DNA of 64,000 nt, taken from assembly GCF_009914755.1 (NCBI RefSeq), contig NC_060926.1; one strand, written 5' to 3'. A program made the translations under genes and the position numbers. This DNA is from the human T2T-CHM13v2.0 reference genome, Homo sapiens. This document shows positions 14,925 to 29,717 of this stretch, in pieces; position 1 is the stretch's first letter, and each line of letters starts with the position of its first letter. A model generated the notes under the pieces. The model saw only the letters and a list, made by a program, of their open reading frames with translations, searched no databases and was not told the origin of the DNA.

Positions 14925-15218
14925 AGCCAGGCTCAGTGGCTCACGCCTGTAATCCCAACACTTTGGGAGGCTGAGGCAGGAGCATTGCTTGAACCCAGGA
15001 GTTCGAGACCAGCCGGGGCAACATGGCAAGACCCCGTCCCTATAAATAATTTAAGAATTAGCTGGGTGTGGTGGTGCATGCCTGTGGTCCTAGCTATTCA
15101 GATGGCTGCAGCAGGAGGATCACTTGAACCCAGAAGGTCAAGGCTATAGTGAGTGGTGTTTGTGCCTGTGCCACTGCACTCCAGCCTAGGCAACAGAGCA
15201 AGTCCCTGACTCAAAAAA

Positions 15219-15265
<47 letters not shown>
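14925..15265 (+). mobile_element. AluJ with (TA)n expanded tail
   Basis: J-type right arm (ggatcacttgaacccagaaggtcaaggctatagtgag); (TA)n at about 15224-15265. Confidence 0.9.
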
Positions 15266-15269
<4 letters not shown>

Positions 15270-15844
15270 GCATGCACACACATCCCTATTTTATATATGT
15301 AAATATATAAAATATCAAATATATTTTATATAAGTATATAAAACATATATCAATTGTATGTATTACCTTTACTTGTTTATAAAAAAGATCTAGAATCTAT
15401 TTCTTTTTAGAACATTGATACTATGCATAGGAAAATAAAATGTTATGGTTATAAAATAAATTTTTTAATGTACGGCATTTCTTAAATCAGTGGAAGAATA
15501 TCCACTGAGGAAAAAAGTCTTAATTTCCTTTGATAAATAGCTGTGGATTAGAGTACTACAACAATAGTTCCAACTCTGCTATTGCTGTGCACTTGAAGCC
15601 AAGATGATGACTGTATTGAAAGAGAGGGATGAGAAAATCAATAGATTATGGCTTCAATGGAGCTCACAACAGTGCTGATTAGAGAACACAAATGGATTGC
15701 ATAACAGTAAAATAACTATAAGCTGGGTATGGATTTAAGCCTATGTTAAGACCATTCTTAACTGCATTGTGTCTTTAGAAAACATGCATTGAAATTATAA
15801 CAGCAAATTAAATCTATTCGACCGCAAAATTTAATACATAAGAA

Positions 15845-16460
15845 ATAGCATTTATTAATGATCTGGAAGAAGGAGTAAATAGCATGTTAATGAAATTTGC
15901 AGATGCTGCTAAATTGGAAGGTGTTACAAACAACAACGCAGACAGGGGCTTAATACAATTGGACCTTGAAAAGTTAAGGAAGAACCAACAGTGACAAAAA
16001 AAAGAAACGAAAAAAGAAAGAAGGTTGAATTTATAAAAATAGCAGTTAGAGAAATTTCAACACGAGAAAGAATAATACGAAAGAAGTGTGGCCAGAAAAG
16101 TGACTTTGAAATTTGACCAGGATTTTCTGATTATAACAAGTTGTTAAATCCACATCTGGGAGGTCCTAGCCCAGATCCTGGGAAGCAGTAGTCATTCCCT
16201 TACTTCCCACTCTTCCTCCAGGCAGTCCAGAGGAAGTATGTTGCTTAGTTGTAGACTTTTGGTAGCAAGAGAAATGAAGAAAACACAGATCAGGCATATC
16301 AGTTAAAAATGCATATAGAAAAGAAAGGGATTACTATGGGAGGCAGATGATTATGTATTAGTATCATCTAATCAGGTATATAATGAAAAAGACCATGAGA
16401 AATCTACAGATATCTGAAAATTTTATATAAAAGATGGTTATGTCACTTGAATATTTATGA
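15845..16460 (+). mobile_element. CR1/L3 LINE ORF2 remnant (reverse transcriptase)
   Basis: 15851-15976 translates FINDLEEGVNSMLMKFADAAKLEGVTNNNADRGLIQLDLEKL, resembling the CR1 FINDL...KFADDTKL motif. Weaker downstream CR1-like pieces (e.g. IYRYLK near 16403). Confidence 0.85.
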
Positions 16461-17978
16461 GTGATGATTAAATGGATCTAATAATTACCTTATGAAATAT
16501 AATTATTGCTTTTCCAGAAATCAACAGATAGAAGAGTTCTCCTGCCCTATTGCACATGCCTAAATTAAAGAAATTGGTGGTATAGCTGAATGACGTATGG
16601 GGTTATAGTTGGGTTTCTCAGAATTTCCAGAAGTTTGGGTCTGAGAATTTGGTTTATCCAGGAAAACAGCAAGATGTGTCTAGGGGAAGCTCTGAGGACT
16701 GTAAGAAAGTAGAAACGTATCTGTAATGTTTACCAGCTCACCTGCGATATAGCCACCTGGGGATGAAAGTTCATCCCTGCTTATTGGATCTTTTAAAGTA
16801 GAAGCCTCAATTTTAGAAACTTGACTAGGTTTATAAAACTTTATTTTTATGTAGTTATATTATGTATGCTTTTCTTTAGATTTCAGTAATGTTTTTTTGA
16901 ATACAGGCTGCCACCCCGGCACTTGGGATGGAAGCAGTGTATTCTTGGTTGCCAGGTGTGACAATGAGCATGAGAACTGGTGTAGGCAGGTTCCAAGGTG
17001 TAGGGGAAGATGTTGGGAGGGGACAATGGTGGAAGAATTGGAGCTGGGCCCATGCACGGACTTTTTCCACCTGGGTATTCTCCTTCTTGAACACTTGTGT
17101 AGTGTTTGAGGATTTGTATATAGGAAGATATTCTTTATAGAGATCTGAGACTATTCTTGAACCATTAATTATGATAAAGTAGTGAGAAATCATGCACTTA
17201 AAACCTTAAACCTCTTGTATCATCTTATCTAAACGGGTATCAGCCCTTTGCTTCTATGCTATTTAGTTAGTAAATTTTGTTTTAATAAGTTAGACCAAAA
17301 ACTAAAATCTTTCAGAAAAACATTACTTGATGGCATGTGCTAAGACATGGAATACATGCAATTGCCTCTGATGTGTACAAAGGTCTTACGATACATATTA
17401 TAAAATATGCCACTTTTTTTCCAATTTTTAGCAACGGCTGGCCCCTTTGAGAAATAATTGTAGAGACTGACCAGGTGCTTCTTATAGCCCATTTCTTTAT
17501 CAAAAACATCTAAAAGTATATTTCCCTTGAAACACAGTACAATAAAAACAATATGGGCTATAGACTCAGATAGATCAAGGCGTATCTATATCCTGACTTT
17601 ACCACATATTAGCTATGTGATATTCAGCAAATTACTTAGCGTCTCTGAGTCTGCAGTTCTTCTTTTATAGATTAAATAAATAATTAAGTGATGTATTTGC
17701 ATAACTTCTGATAAAATGCTTAACACAGAATCAGTGTTCATGTGGCGTTAGTTTCCATACTTCTCTACAAATAAACTCCCTGACATAGTTAAAAGTAGTT
17801 TCTTGAATCATAATTCAATTAGGAATTCACTTTCTTTTATTCGGTTTTTCATTAAATAAATATTTACTGAGTGATTGCAAGCAATGTTTATGTCAGTTGT
17901 GGTGGGTTTGCACAGAAATAATAATATATGTGGATCTTCCCTTTAAAGATCATGAAGAAAAGGAACAACAGCATGTAA

Positions 17979-18386
<408 letters not shown>

Positions 18387-18614
18387 TAATTAGAAGGAAA
18401 GCATGGAAATTGGAAAATGAATGGTTCTATTTGTCATGAGGCCCATGATGATGGAAGATGTTTGGGTTAGATAATGGAGGATTTGGGGTTTTAACTTTGG
18501 GTTACTAATGGAGGATTCTGAATGCACCCTAAAGAGCTTGGACTAACATGTTAGGCAGTAAGGCATCAATAGAGGTTTTAAGCAAAGGTTTTTGGGTTTT
18601 GATAGGATTCTTCT

Positions 18615-18980
18615 ACCTAATTTATTAGCTATTCCTTCTAAATTCATGTTAGTCCTTAATTAGATATGCAAGCTTCCTGGGTCTTCATCCAAGTTGTTGA
18701 AATGTTCAACAGGGCAGAATAAAGAAGACAGTCCAGCAACATACCATTAGAAACCCTTCTCCACCAGAGCACTGATCCATTCATTAGCACTTGTGGCTCA
18801 GTTTTCATTCTAATAGAAATTCACTGTATTGTGTTGTCATCAGTTAAAATTTCCTTCTGATTTCTAAAGCCATCCTGAGAAACTTTGTCAAATGTTTCAC
18901 TGAAATCAGATCCACACTGACCTCCTCTGATACCAGTAGCAAAAACTAGACATATCTTGATTTCAGTGAACCCATGCTGG
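18615..18980 (-). mobile_element. CR1/L3 LINE ORF2 remnant (degraded)
   Basis: Minus strand encodes QHGFTE, DFSETFDKVS and LEGIANKL, in the order of CR1 RT motifs, with stops and frameshifts. Confidence 0.8.
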
Positions 18981-19168
18981 GATTCAGTGAATCCCAGTGT
19001 TCATATTCAAAGTCGTTACCAGCCCTTCACTTAATAATACCACTTCATAATAAGTAACTCCAGGATTCTGTCAGAAAATTACATCAATTGTTACATCTTT
19101 GGGAAGAGGTATATGAGTTTCTTGCAATAAAGTAGAGTTAAGAGTGAGTAGAAAGAATAGCAAGACTC

Positions 19169-19493
<325 letters not shown>

Positions 19494-19796
19494 TCAGTTA
19501 TGATTCAGTCAAAGTTTAGATATAGCATTTTAAAGAAAAGTAGCATGGCAAACAATAGTAAAGAATGAGCAGTGACTAGGACTCAAGACTCAGATATGTA
19601 GGACTTTATCATCCCACATGACCATCAGGTAGTATGGTCCCGAGGAGGGGACAGTTGTTTAAGGACAGGGCTGGCACCACATCCCGGATTTTCTGCCATT
19701 TAGCAAAGTGCTCTCTTCCCTGCTTGATGCAGCTGCCCTGTTACGCTGCGTCTTGAAGCAGAGAACAAGGCAACCAACTCCCTTCAGACTCTAAAA

Positions 19797-20549
<753 letters not shown>

Positions 20550-20594
20550 ATTTGAAAAAACAAGCCTAAAGTCTACCTTTTGCTCCCTGAGGGA

Positions 20595-20760
20595 AGGCAA
20601 GTTGCCCAACTTTTCCAAGACTTTTTCTGGCCCCATAGCATGGGATGATGACTTAAAACTACCTGCTAGGGTTATTGTGAAGACTAAATGGGAAGACGTC
20701 TGTGTAAAACTCTTAATTCAGTGCATGGCGTATGACTGTTCAGTAAATATTAACCATCTA
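20595..20760 (+). mobile_element. MIR
   Basis: acctgctagggttattgtgaagactaaatgg...cagtaaatattaac. Confidence 0.65.
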
Positions 20761-20859
20761 TTATTATTATTGCTTCTGCTATTACTGTTACCACTACTAT
20801 GAGGGCTATTACTCCCTGCTGGTGATGTCTTTACTCAGATACATGAAGAACTTATTCTT

Positions 20860-21200
20860 TGAACTTGCTAAATGCTCTCAGGCCATTGCACTTGTTTCCT
20901 TTGCCTGGAATATCTTTCCCTCCTTTTTGTCCAGCAAATCCTCTTCATTTCTTCTTGTATTAACTTCGAGCTTCTTTGATTTAGAAGCCTTCATTGACCT
21001 CTCAAAACTATGCTAGGTACCCTGCTGTAAGCCCCAATCTTTGCCCCTTTAAGAGCATACCATAGTGTAATTGCTCGTGTCTTTGCTGGCTCTTCCATTG
21101 CACTCCGAAAACTCTGTGAGAGAGGGGACCATGCTTGTTCACTGCTATAATCATAAAGCTCTGCACAGTGCCTGGCAGTCAGTAAATGCCTGTTGAATAC
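20860..21200 (+). mobile_element. L2 3' end remnant
   Basis: ggccattgcacttgtttcctttgcctggaat...cttgttcactgct...acagtgcctggca...taaatgcctgttgaat. Confidence 0.7.
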
Positions 21201-22939
21201 ATTTTGTAAAAGTCTTCAATATGTCTTCTTGCCACACCGCTCCTTTCATGTCCCAGGGTGCCTAAATAAGCTCGATATCCTGCATATTCCTGTAAATCTC
21301 TTTGATCCTCAAGTTAGATGTAAACACTAAACTCAAACAATGATCTGGGCTTCATTTATGATTTTAAGGCAATGGTTAAATGACTTAAAGGATGTTTGAT
21401 TATATACCTTAATTTCCCAGGGATTCAGAGTTGTACAGGAGGTAAAGCCTTGGTCTTTGCATAAAAGTTGGGTAATTCTTAGCTATGATCCAGGCATAGA
21501 CTATTCACAAGTTAAGATGGAAAACTAAGACGGCTAGAGAAAATGCCCCTGGGTGCCAGCTTGTGCCATAACTCTTACCACTATAAGAGGAGGGGAGGAT
21601 AAAGACTGCTTTCTTCCTTTTAAGTTGCCATTCCTTCTGCCATTCGTAGAATTTATGTCTGCACTTTTCTCATCCACTGATAGCTAGTGGCAGTTTCAGA
21701 ATATCTATTTGAAGAGGGGCTTAGAAGAAACAGTCCCATTGAATAGGGGGATAGGAAAGTTTTTCCTTAAGCTATATTTATATTTTTCAACTTAGATTGA
21801 ATGTTTATTTTGGAGAATGTTCTTGGATATAAGAGGGTGCTAAGGACTTCCAAGCCACCTCACTGCTAAGAGTACATCTATTTTTAGTGTGGAAACATTT
21901 GAAGTAAAGGAATAGGCAGGTTTGATAAGAGAAGTTTGACTAGGTCTCTTTTGTTATTGCTTTTCACACGGGTAAACCTAAACTCTGCCTGGTGAGCATT
22001 AACCAATTCAAAAAAGATTTGAAAGTTCAAAAAAGCAGTCGGTGTTGAGAATACATACTAGACCATATTTATTAGGTCTGGGGCCTAAAAAGATCAGTAT
22101 AATCAATAGGAAACAGGCAGCTTGACAAAAGAAAAACCAAACTTGAGGCAATCAGTTTATCATACAATCATTATATATTTATTTCAGCTATGGACAATAC
22201 ATATGCAGATACCACACAATATAAGATGTGACCTCAAAGGGCTTGCAACCTATTTGGGAAGACAAGAAAATGTCTACTAGATTATCATTTAAGCATGTTT
22301 CTGAAACTAATCTTTAGTGTTCATTGTTCCTGCTGGTTATTCTCTTGGCCTAATTATGTGAGGAAAACAGAATGAAGGCAAAGGGATGGGAAGCAAGGGC
22401 AATGTGGCTAAAAATATTGATGCTCTTAAGCCATGTGTTCCAAATTTAAAGCAATACATTCATGGTTTTAAAGCTGGAACCTGCAACTAACTTCTAATTA
22501 GTCCCTCTTATTTTACAGAGGAGGAAACTGTGGCCTATCCTGCAAAGCACTCTAGCTGATAACTGGTAGCTCTAAGACCAGAAGTCAGGTTCTCTGACTC
22601 TCAGTCTAGGGTCCTTTCCAAAACAAACAAGTGCCTCTGAAGGTAAGGTAAAATGACTGGAGTCTTCCTATGCCTGGGGTCTATGCTAAAGAGCCTTAGT
22701 TTTTCCTTGAATGGATAGGATGGAATTATTTGAATTATTTTATTAGACCTGCATTATACATTTTTTTAGCATGGCAATTTTCATCAATTCTAATTTCTCA
22801 GTTACCAAAATAAAATTTATTAATGCTAAAATCTCCAGTCCTTATCAAAGGGCAAATTAATCAGACTAATAAATTGTTTTTTAACCTCTACTCATTCATC
22901 CCTCAACTTTCATATCTTTAACCTATTGAATGACTTACA

Positions 22940-23800
<861 letters not shown>

Positions 23801-24359
23801 CCTCCCCAATCAGAAATTTCTTTTCTTCCCAACGCCCACCTCCACCTTTGGCTTAGGCCTGTAACGGACTCTGGCTCCTCTTCTGAATTCTGCTCTGTTA
23901 AAATTAGCAACTAGAGCAGCAGACCACGGCCCCTCCTCAAAATTCCAGAGGTACCTACTGATCTTTCTAGAGAGGCAGCCTTCAGACCTATGTTCCCAGA
24001 AATCTCTACGTTTGTGCCTTTCCCAACTAGAGAATTAACTCTTGCGGGGCACAAAACAGCCTCTATTTCTTTGCGTCCCCAGCGCCTGTTTGTTGAAGAC
24101 TGAGTTGAAGGAGTAGCAGGTGGTGTTAATTTGTCAAAAAGATGAGTTAAGGTGCTGGGGGCGAGGGGGAACACCCCCACGGCCCTCCCCCCACAGCAAG
24201 GCAGGTGTGTCTGGGGGCCTCGGCGGGTGCCGGGGCGCGGGGCGGATGGTGCCCCCCGGGCGCAGGCCAGGGAGGCCCGAGCGCCTTCCCCACGCCCCGC
24301 TCGCCCGCGCGTGTGAGGGGAGGGCGGCCCAGCCGTTTCGCGCCGGGAGGTAGGTGGTG

Positions 24360-24536
24360 CTGTTGCCGTGACTGTCTTCCTCATTGGCGCCGTGCAGAGA
24401 GGCGGAATGTTCAACTCCTAACTGCGGCGGAAACGTGGGAGCCGCGCGGGCCGCTGTCGTCCCAACCCCCGCCGCCCTCGTCGCGCGCGGGGCCTCCGCG
24501 CCCCCGGCTGCTGCTCACGCCCCGCCCGGGAGCCAG
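24360..24536 (+). other. MAP3K20: MAP3K20 non-coding exon 1 (start approximate)
   Basis: Donor CAG|GTAGGG at 24536/24537 followed by intronic G-runs, inside the CpG island. The join gagccag|attttgtgg matches my recollection of the ZAK 5'UTR. The TSS cannot be read from the sequence. Confidence 0.75.
24407..24421 (+). other. uORF1 in MAP3K20 exon 1 (MFNS*)
   Basis: ggaATGTTCAACTCCTAA with G at -3; it is in the mRNA only if the TSS lies upstream of 24407. Confidence 0.6.
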
Positions 24537-27379
24537 GTAGGGGTCAGGCTGGAGCTCGCGGAGGGCGGGGAGGGAGGGGGCGAGGCCCGCCGCGCTCGCG
24601 AGTCGTCCCTGCGTCTCGGGGCCGAGGCTCCGCCGGAGCCCGGGAGTCTAGGCGGCCTCGGGAGGCTCCTCGGGGCTCCCCTCCCCGACCCAGGGCCCGC
24701 CCGGCGGCGGCGGCCGGAGCGAGCGGGCGGGCGAGCGAGCGAGCGTTCGCGGCGCCCGGGAAGTCCTCGCGGGACCTTGGCCGCGGCGCCGCCAAGTGCG
24801 GTTCGGGAGAGTTCGGGCCGGTCCCATGGAGAAGTTGGCGCCTGGAGGCGCGGGCGCAGGCCGGAGCGGCCCCGGCTTTCGCGGTCCCGGGCGTGCGGCA
24901 CGGGCAGGGGCTCCGCGAGCAGCAGAGCCGGCCAAGCAGCGGGTGACTGGGGCACTGTCGGGAGGCGAACCGCGAGGCCCCCAAATCAGGGTAGGGTGCA
25001 GGCCACTTCCCAGCACTCGCTGTGCGTGCGAGGAGGGACGACGAACTTCTGCTTTTCTAAGAACTCGACCGCGAGCGGTGTTGCTTCCCATCCATTTTCC
25101 TTCATTCTGTTTTCCTCACACAATTAGGCCATGCGAATAACCAGCAGGAACAATGAACACTAAAGATTAGTTTTAAAAACATGCGTAAATGTATCCAGAG
25201 CCACCGCTCCCCGCCCTTCCTGCCCCGGGCTTGGGCAGCATGAAGCGCCCGCCCTCTCGGGCTTCCCCCTTTCCTCCCACCGGAGCCGGGGATGTCTCCT
25301 TTGGCGACCCTCAGGCAGCGGCTTTTTGTGGGCTCCCAGACCTGCACCAGGCCCAGAAGTGCTTACCCAGGCCGTCGCCTCGTCTGGCCTCGCTTGCCCA
25401 TGACAGCTTTCAGAAAACTTTAATTCAGGACTGGCTAGATGACATCCGATTGCCTAAAAAATTTTTTTAAAAAGTTATCTCTGTTAGATCGCTGAAAATG
25501 TTATGTTTCTGATGCGCTTTGAGATCGCGCATAAGTACTGTTTATGGGGAACTTAATTACTATTTTTGTTAGTTTCTGTAATAATGAAAGCAACACAATT
25601 TAGGGGCCCATTCCAAGTATGGTACAGTAAGCAGCTCTCGATACTGGTGTGTGAGAATCGTCTTACAGAGTGAATTTGAGGATGTTTGACTTAAGATTGT
25701 TGAAAACTGTACTCCTTCTTTAACCCCGAAGCTGTTTTGGAAGAGCCTTCTTGCTTCCTCGACCTTCGTTGAAATGAACAGCTAGGATTTAGTGGATCCA
25801 AACCTCCAAACACGTTTAAAGACAAAAATAAACAAGTGATTCAAGGCTAGTTAATGTCCTCTTTGTAGTAGGCCTATCTCCACAGTGAAATTTCACTTGT
25901 TTTTCAATTTTCCAAAAAAAAAAAAAAAAAAAAGTGATGGCTGCATTTTAATTATGGTTATGGTCATTTGTAGAGTCTTTGTTTTAAATTCCTGCTACTA
26001 TAGTGAGAGATTTAGGAGATTGTAAATGAATACGAATTTAGTTTGGGAAAACAGAATTAAGATAAAGAAAAATGGTCTTTTGGACCACTGCACTGTTTAT
26101 TTTAATCTATCACAATTTAATTCCTACTATAACTTTTTGAGATTATTTGGGGAGTTTTTTAACTACAAAATATTGTTTAAATAAAAAAATTTAGTGATAA
26201 TAATTCCAGAGTAAATGACCATGATGCAATTGCAAGGACTTTCTCCGTTGTCTAAAAAAGCAAATAGATGATTGATCCGTTTTTCTTAATCTTTTAGGGA
26301 ATATATAAGGACACAGTAAAGAGAGAAAAAAAAATCCAAATATTAAACACTCGGACTTGGATCTAAAAATGGATGGTCAAAGATCTTGGGAACTAAGGGG
26401 CCTTCTTGCCAAATAAGGAAACTTGGCAAGTTGCACTGTGTATTTTAACTTAGCACAAGAGTGAGTGTTATTGGCAATATATTGGCTCAGAGCCTATCTG
26501 GAATGAGCAGTGAAACTGACTTTGATAGGGCTACAAAATTATAAATAGGTTTGTGGGGGCGTGGAGTGAATAATCGAATCATCAGAGAAAACACTGAAAA
26601 CTTTTCATGAAAATAAGTCAGATGTAAGGTGAAGCTATTAGTGTGGAGTGACAGAGCAAAATGGACAGTTTATTTTAGAAAGTGGTAGATTCAGAAGAGA
26701 GGAGAGAATCAATGGTTTTTTTGTTTTTGTTTTGTTTTTGTTTAAACTGGAAAAAGATGTTTGTGGGGATATAATACTTCTTGGAATAAGATAGCCCTAT
26801 GTCTGTATCCTGAGATGTTGGAAATAAAAATGAATTTAGATCACTTGTTTTCCATTTTATTCTACCCAGGACAGATTGACGGGGTGAGTATCTTGTCTAT
26901 CTAAATGTAGTAGGAACAGTTAAGGCACCTTTTGGTCTTACTGCAAGGAAGATTTAGGCTAGTTTTTTGGTAGCTATTAACTTTGCCCCACTAGACACAA
27001 ATAAGCAGAGTTCCAGCTGTGACCAGAAAATTGTACCTGGTAAGGGAAGAGGACTATGAATGCTAGAGCTTAGATTGATTCGACTGATACATGGGTGCTT
27101 TTATGTCAGACCCTCCTACGGATGCTGAAGCATCGTCCTAATAGCTGTTAAGTAATCCCAGCACAGTAGAAGAATCTGTGAGAACAAAGCAGCCCCACAT
27201 TTGACACCCTAACCCCAGTGTCTTCAATTGTAATAGGAAATTAAAGCCTCAAATTGAACTTTAGGTGGATGGTGAGCAATCCAGTAATTACTGTAATAAG
27301 AAAATAGTTTAAATAGGGTAAACAAAAGGCAAATTAGAAGGAGGAGGCAGAATGTTATTAACAAAAAGACATGATATGG

Positions 27380-27536
27380 TAGAAAACAATGATATGACTT
27401 TGGAGTCAGGCCTGAATTTGACACAAGTTGTGTCACCTGTAAGGTAGTTGGCTTGAGCTACTTTCATACCCCTGATCCTCAGTTTTCTCACTCATGTAAG
27501 TTAGGAACAGTAGTACCTGCTTCCTAAGGATAAGTA
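27380..27536 (+). mobile_element. MIR (continues after Tigger at ~28752-28790)
   Basis: gactttggagtcaggcctgaatttga...ctcagttttctcactcatgtaag. Confidence 0.65.
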
Positions 27537-28749
27537 CAGTCATGTGTCCATTAATGATGGGGATACGTTCTGAGAGAACTGTGTTGTTACGTGATGTTGT
27601 AGTTGTGTAAATACCACAGCGTGCACCTACACAAACCTAGATGCTATAGCCTACTACACACCTAGGCTGTGTGAGATAGTCCGTTGCTCCTAGGCTACAG
27701 ACCTATGTAGCATGCTGCTATACTGAATAGGCAGTTGTAACACAGTAATAAGTATTTCTATCGAAAAATAGAAAAGGCACAGTAAAAATACAGTATAAAA
27801 TATACAGTATCAAAGATAAAAAATGGTACACCCGTATAGGGCATTTACCATGAATGGAGGTTGCAGGACTGGAAGTTGTTTGGGGCAAGTCAGTGAGTGA
27901 GTGGTGAGGGAATGTGAAGGCCCAGGACATCACTGTACACTACTGTAGACTTTATAAACACTGTACACTTAGGCTCTACTAGATTTATTTAAACATTTTT
28001 CTTCAATAATAAATTAACCTTAGCTTGCTGTAACTTTCTTGTTTTATAAACTTTAAACTTTTTTTTAACTTTTTGAGTCTTTTGAAATAACACTTAGCTT
28101 AAAACACAAACACATTGTACAGCTATACAAAAATTCTTTATATCCTTATTCTGTAAGATTTTTTTTCTATTTTTAAATTTAAAAAAAAATTTGTTTTGCT
28201 TCTTAAACTTTGTTAAAAACTAAGACAGAAACACACACATCAGCCTAGCCCCACATGGGGTTAGGATCGTCAATATCACTGTTTTCTACCTCCACATCTT
28301 GGCTCACTGGAAGGTCTTCAGGGGCAGTAATGTATATGGAGCTGCCATCTCCCCATCTCCAGTGATAACAATGCCTTCTTCTGGACACCTCCTGAAGGAC
28401 CTGCCTCAGTTAATTTTCTTTTTTTTTTTTTTAAGTGGAAAGAGTATGCTCTAAAATGAGGATAAAAAGTATAGTAAATACATAAATGAGTAACACAGTC
28501 ATTATCCTTATCAAGCATTGTGCACTGTACATAATTGTATGTGCCGTACCTTTATACAGCTGGCAGCATAATAAGTTTGTTTACACCAGCATCACCACAA
28601 ACACATGAGTAATGCATTGTGCTATGATGTTAGGAAACTGTGCCATCACTCAGCAATAGGAATTTTTCAGCTTTATTACAATCTTATGGGATCGCTGTTA
28701 TATATGCAGTCCATTGTTGACTAAAGCATAGTTATGTGGTGCATGACTT
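27537..28749. mobile_element. Tigger3b/Golem-type TcMar DNA transposon (~1.2 kb)
   Basis: TA|cagtcatgtgtccattaatgatggggatacgttctgag ... gttatgtggtgcatgactt|TA, i.e. TIRs with TA TSD. Confidence 0.9.
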
Positions 28750-28868
28750 TATGAGAAAGCACATAGAAATGCTTGTAACAGTGCCTGAAATTTCAGCCAC
28801 TGTATCAATGTGGTAAAGAAGGATGTTTTACTACATCTCTCAAGTTATACGCAGAGCTGCTTGCCCAC

Positions 28869-29219
28869 TGTCCTAGTCTGTTTTCTGCTGCTAGAGCAGT
28901 CTGTCACAGCCTGGGTAATTTACAAGGAACAAGGGTAATTTATTTGGCTCATGGTTCTGGAGCCTGGGAAGTCCAGGTACATGGCTCTGGCATCTGGCGA
29001 GAATCACCCATTGTGGAAGGGTGGAAGGCGAAAGCAAGCCATGAAAGACAAAGAGAAAAAGTGAACTCCTGAGATAATTAACCTACTCCCAGGATAACAG
29101 TGAGAATCCATTTATGACCTAATCACCTCTTAAAGGTTCTGCTTCCCAGTACTGTTACATTAGCGATTAAGTAATTAAGTTTCAACATGAATTTTGGTGG
29201 GAGCATTCCTACCATAGCA
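28869..29219 (-). mobile_element. MST-family MaLR solo LTR
   Basis: tgtcctagtctgttttctgctgct...tttatttggctcatggttctggag...atgacctaatcacctcttaaagg...accatagca. Confidence 0.85.
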
Positions 29220-29717
29220 CTCAGCTCTTCCAGCTAAGGCTTGCCTTTGGTACCCTGTCCTGTTCCCAAGTTATACTTATGTAGTGGGTATGTAGGTTTT
29301 CATAACTACTCTCCTGCTTTGAGTATAAGTGTTTCTAAAGTGTGCTTTAGAACCACTTGGAACCATTTTTATAGCTAATTTTGAGCAAGGCCCCAATACC
29401 CTTCTTTCTGGACTCATCTCCAGGCTTCCATTTAAGAAAACCAAAAAGAAAAGGAAAGAATTGCTGTCTGCACGTCATGTAATAAATCTTTACTTATTAA
29501 ACTTTTCTACCAAAGTACTCTATTGTGGGGATAAATGAATGTTTTCCTTCAAGAATTTGTCCGTATAGCCACAGATACCCCAATGCAAGCAAGTACTTGC
29601 TTTAAAATTTTATATTTAATCTTAAAAATTTATGTGGATTTTGCATTCTCTTCTGTCCTACACTGTTTTACTTAAATTGAACAAATCGATACAGACACAT
29701 ATTTTAAAAAAGACAAA

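Larger units (their letters stand above)
24170..25400 (+). promoter_or_regulatory. MAP3K20: CpG-island promoter of MAP3K20
   Basis: Very GC/CpG-rich. GC boxes (GGGGCGG 24239-24245, CCACGCCCC ~24290), E2F TTTCGCGC 24336-24343, inverted CCAAT 24383-24387, MCAT GGAATG 24404-24409. No TATA box. Confidence 0.92.

Noticed and set aside
24826-24990. ATG 24826 plus donor-like AGG|GTAGGG at 24990 as an N-terminal extension exon
   Set aside because: Splicing to 39532 is out of frame with ZAK and terminates at TGA 39562-39564; at most another uORF, with no support for the donor.
23911-25470. Many long overlapping Arg/Gly/Pro/Ala-rich ORFs on both strands
   Set aside because: Expected from stop-codon scarcity in a CpG island; no domain signature.
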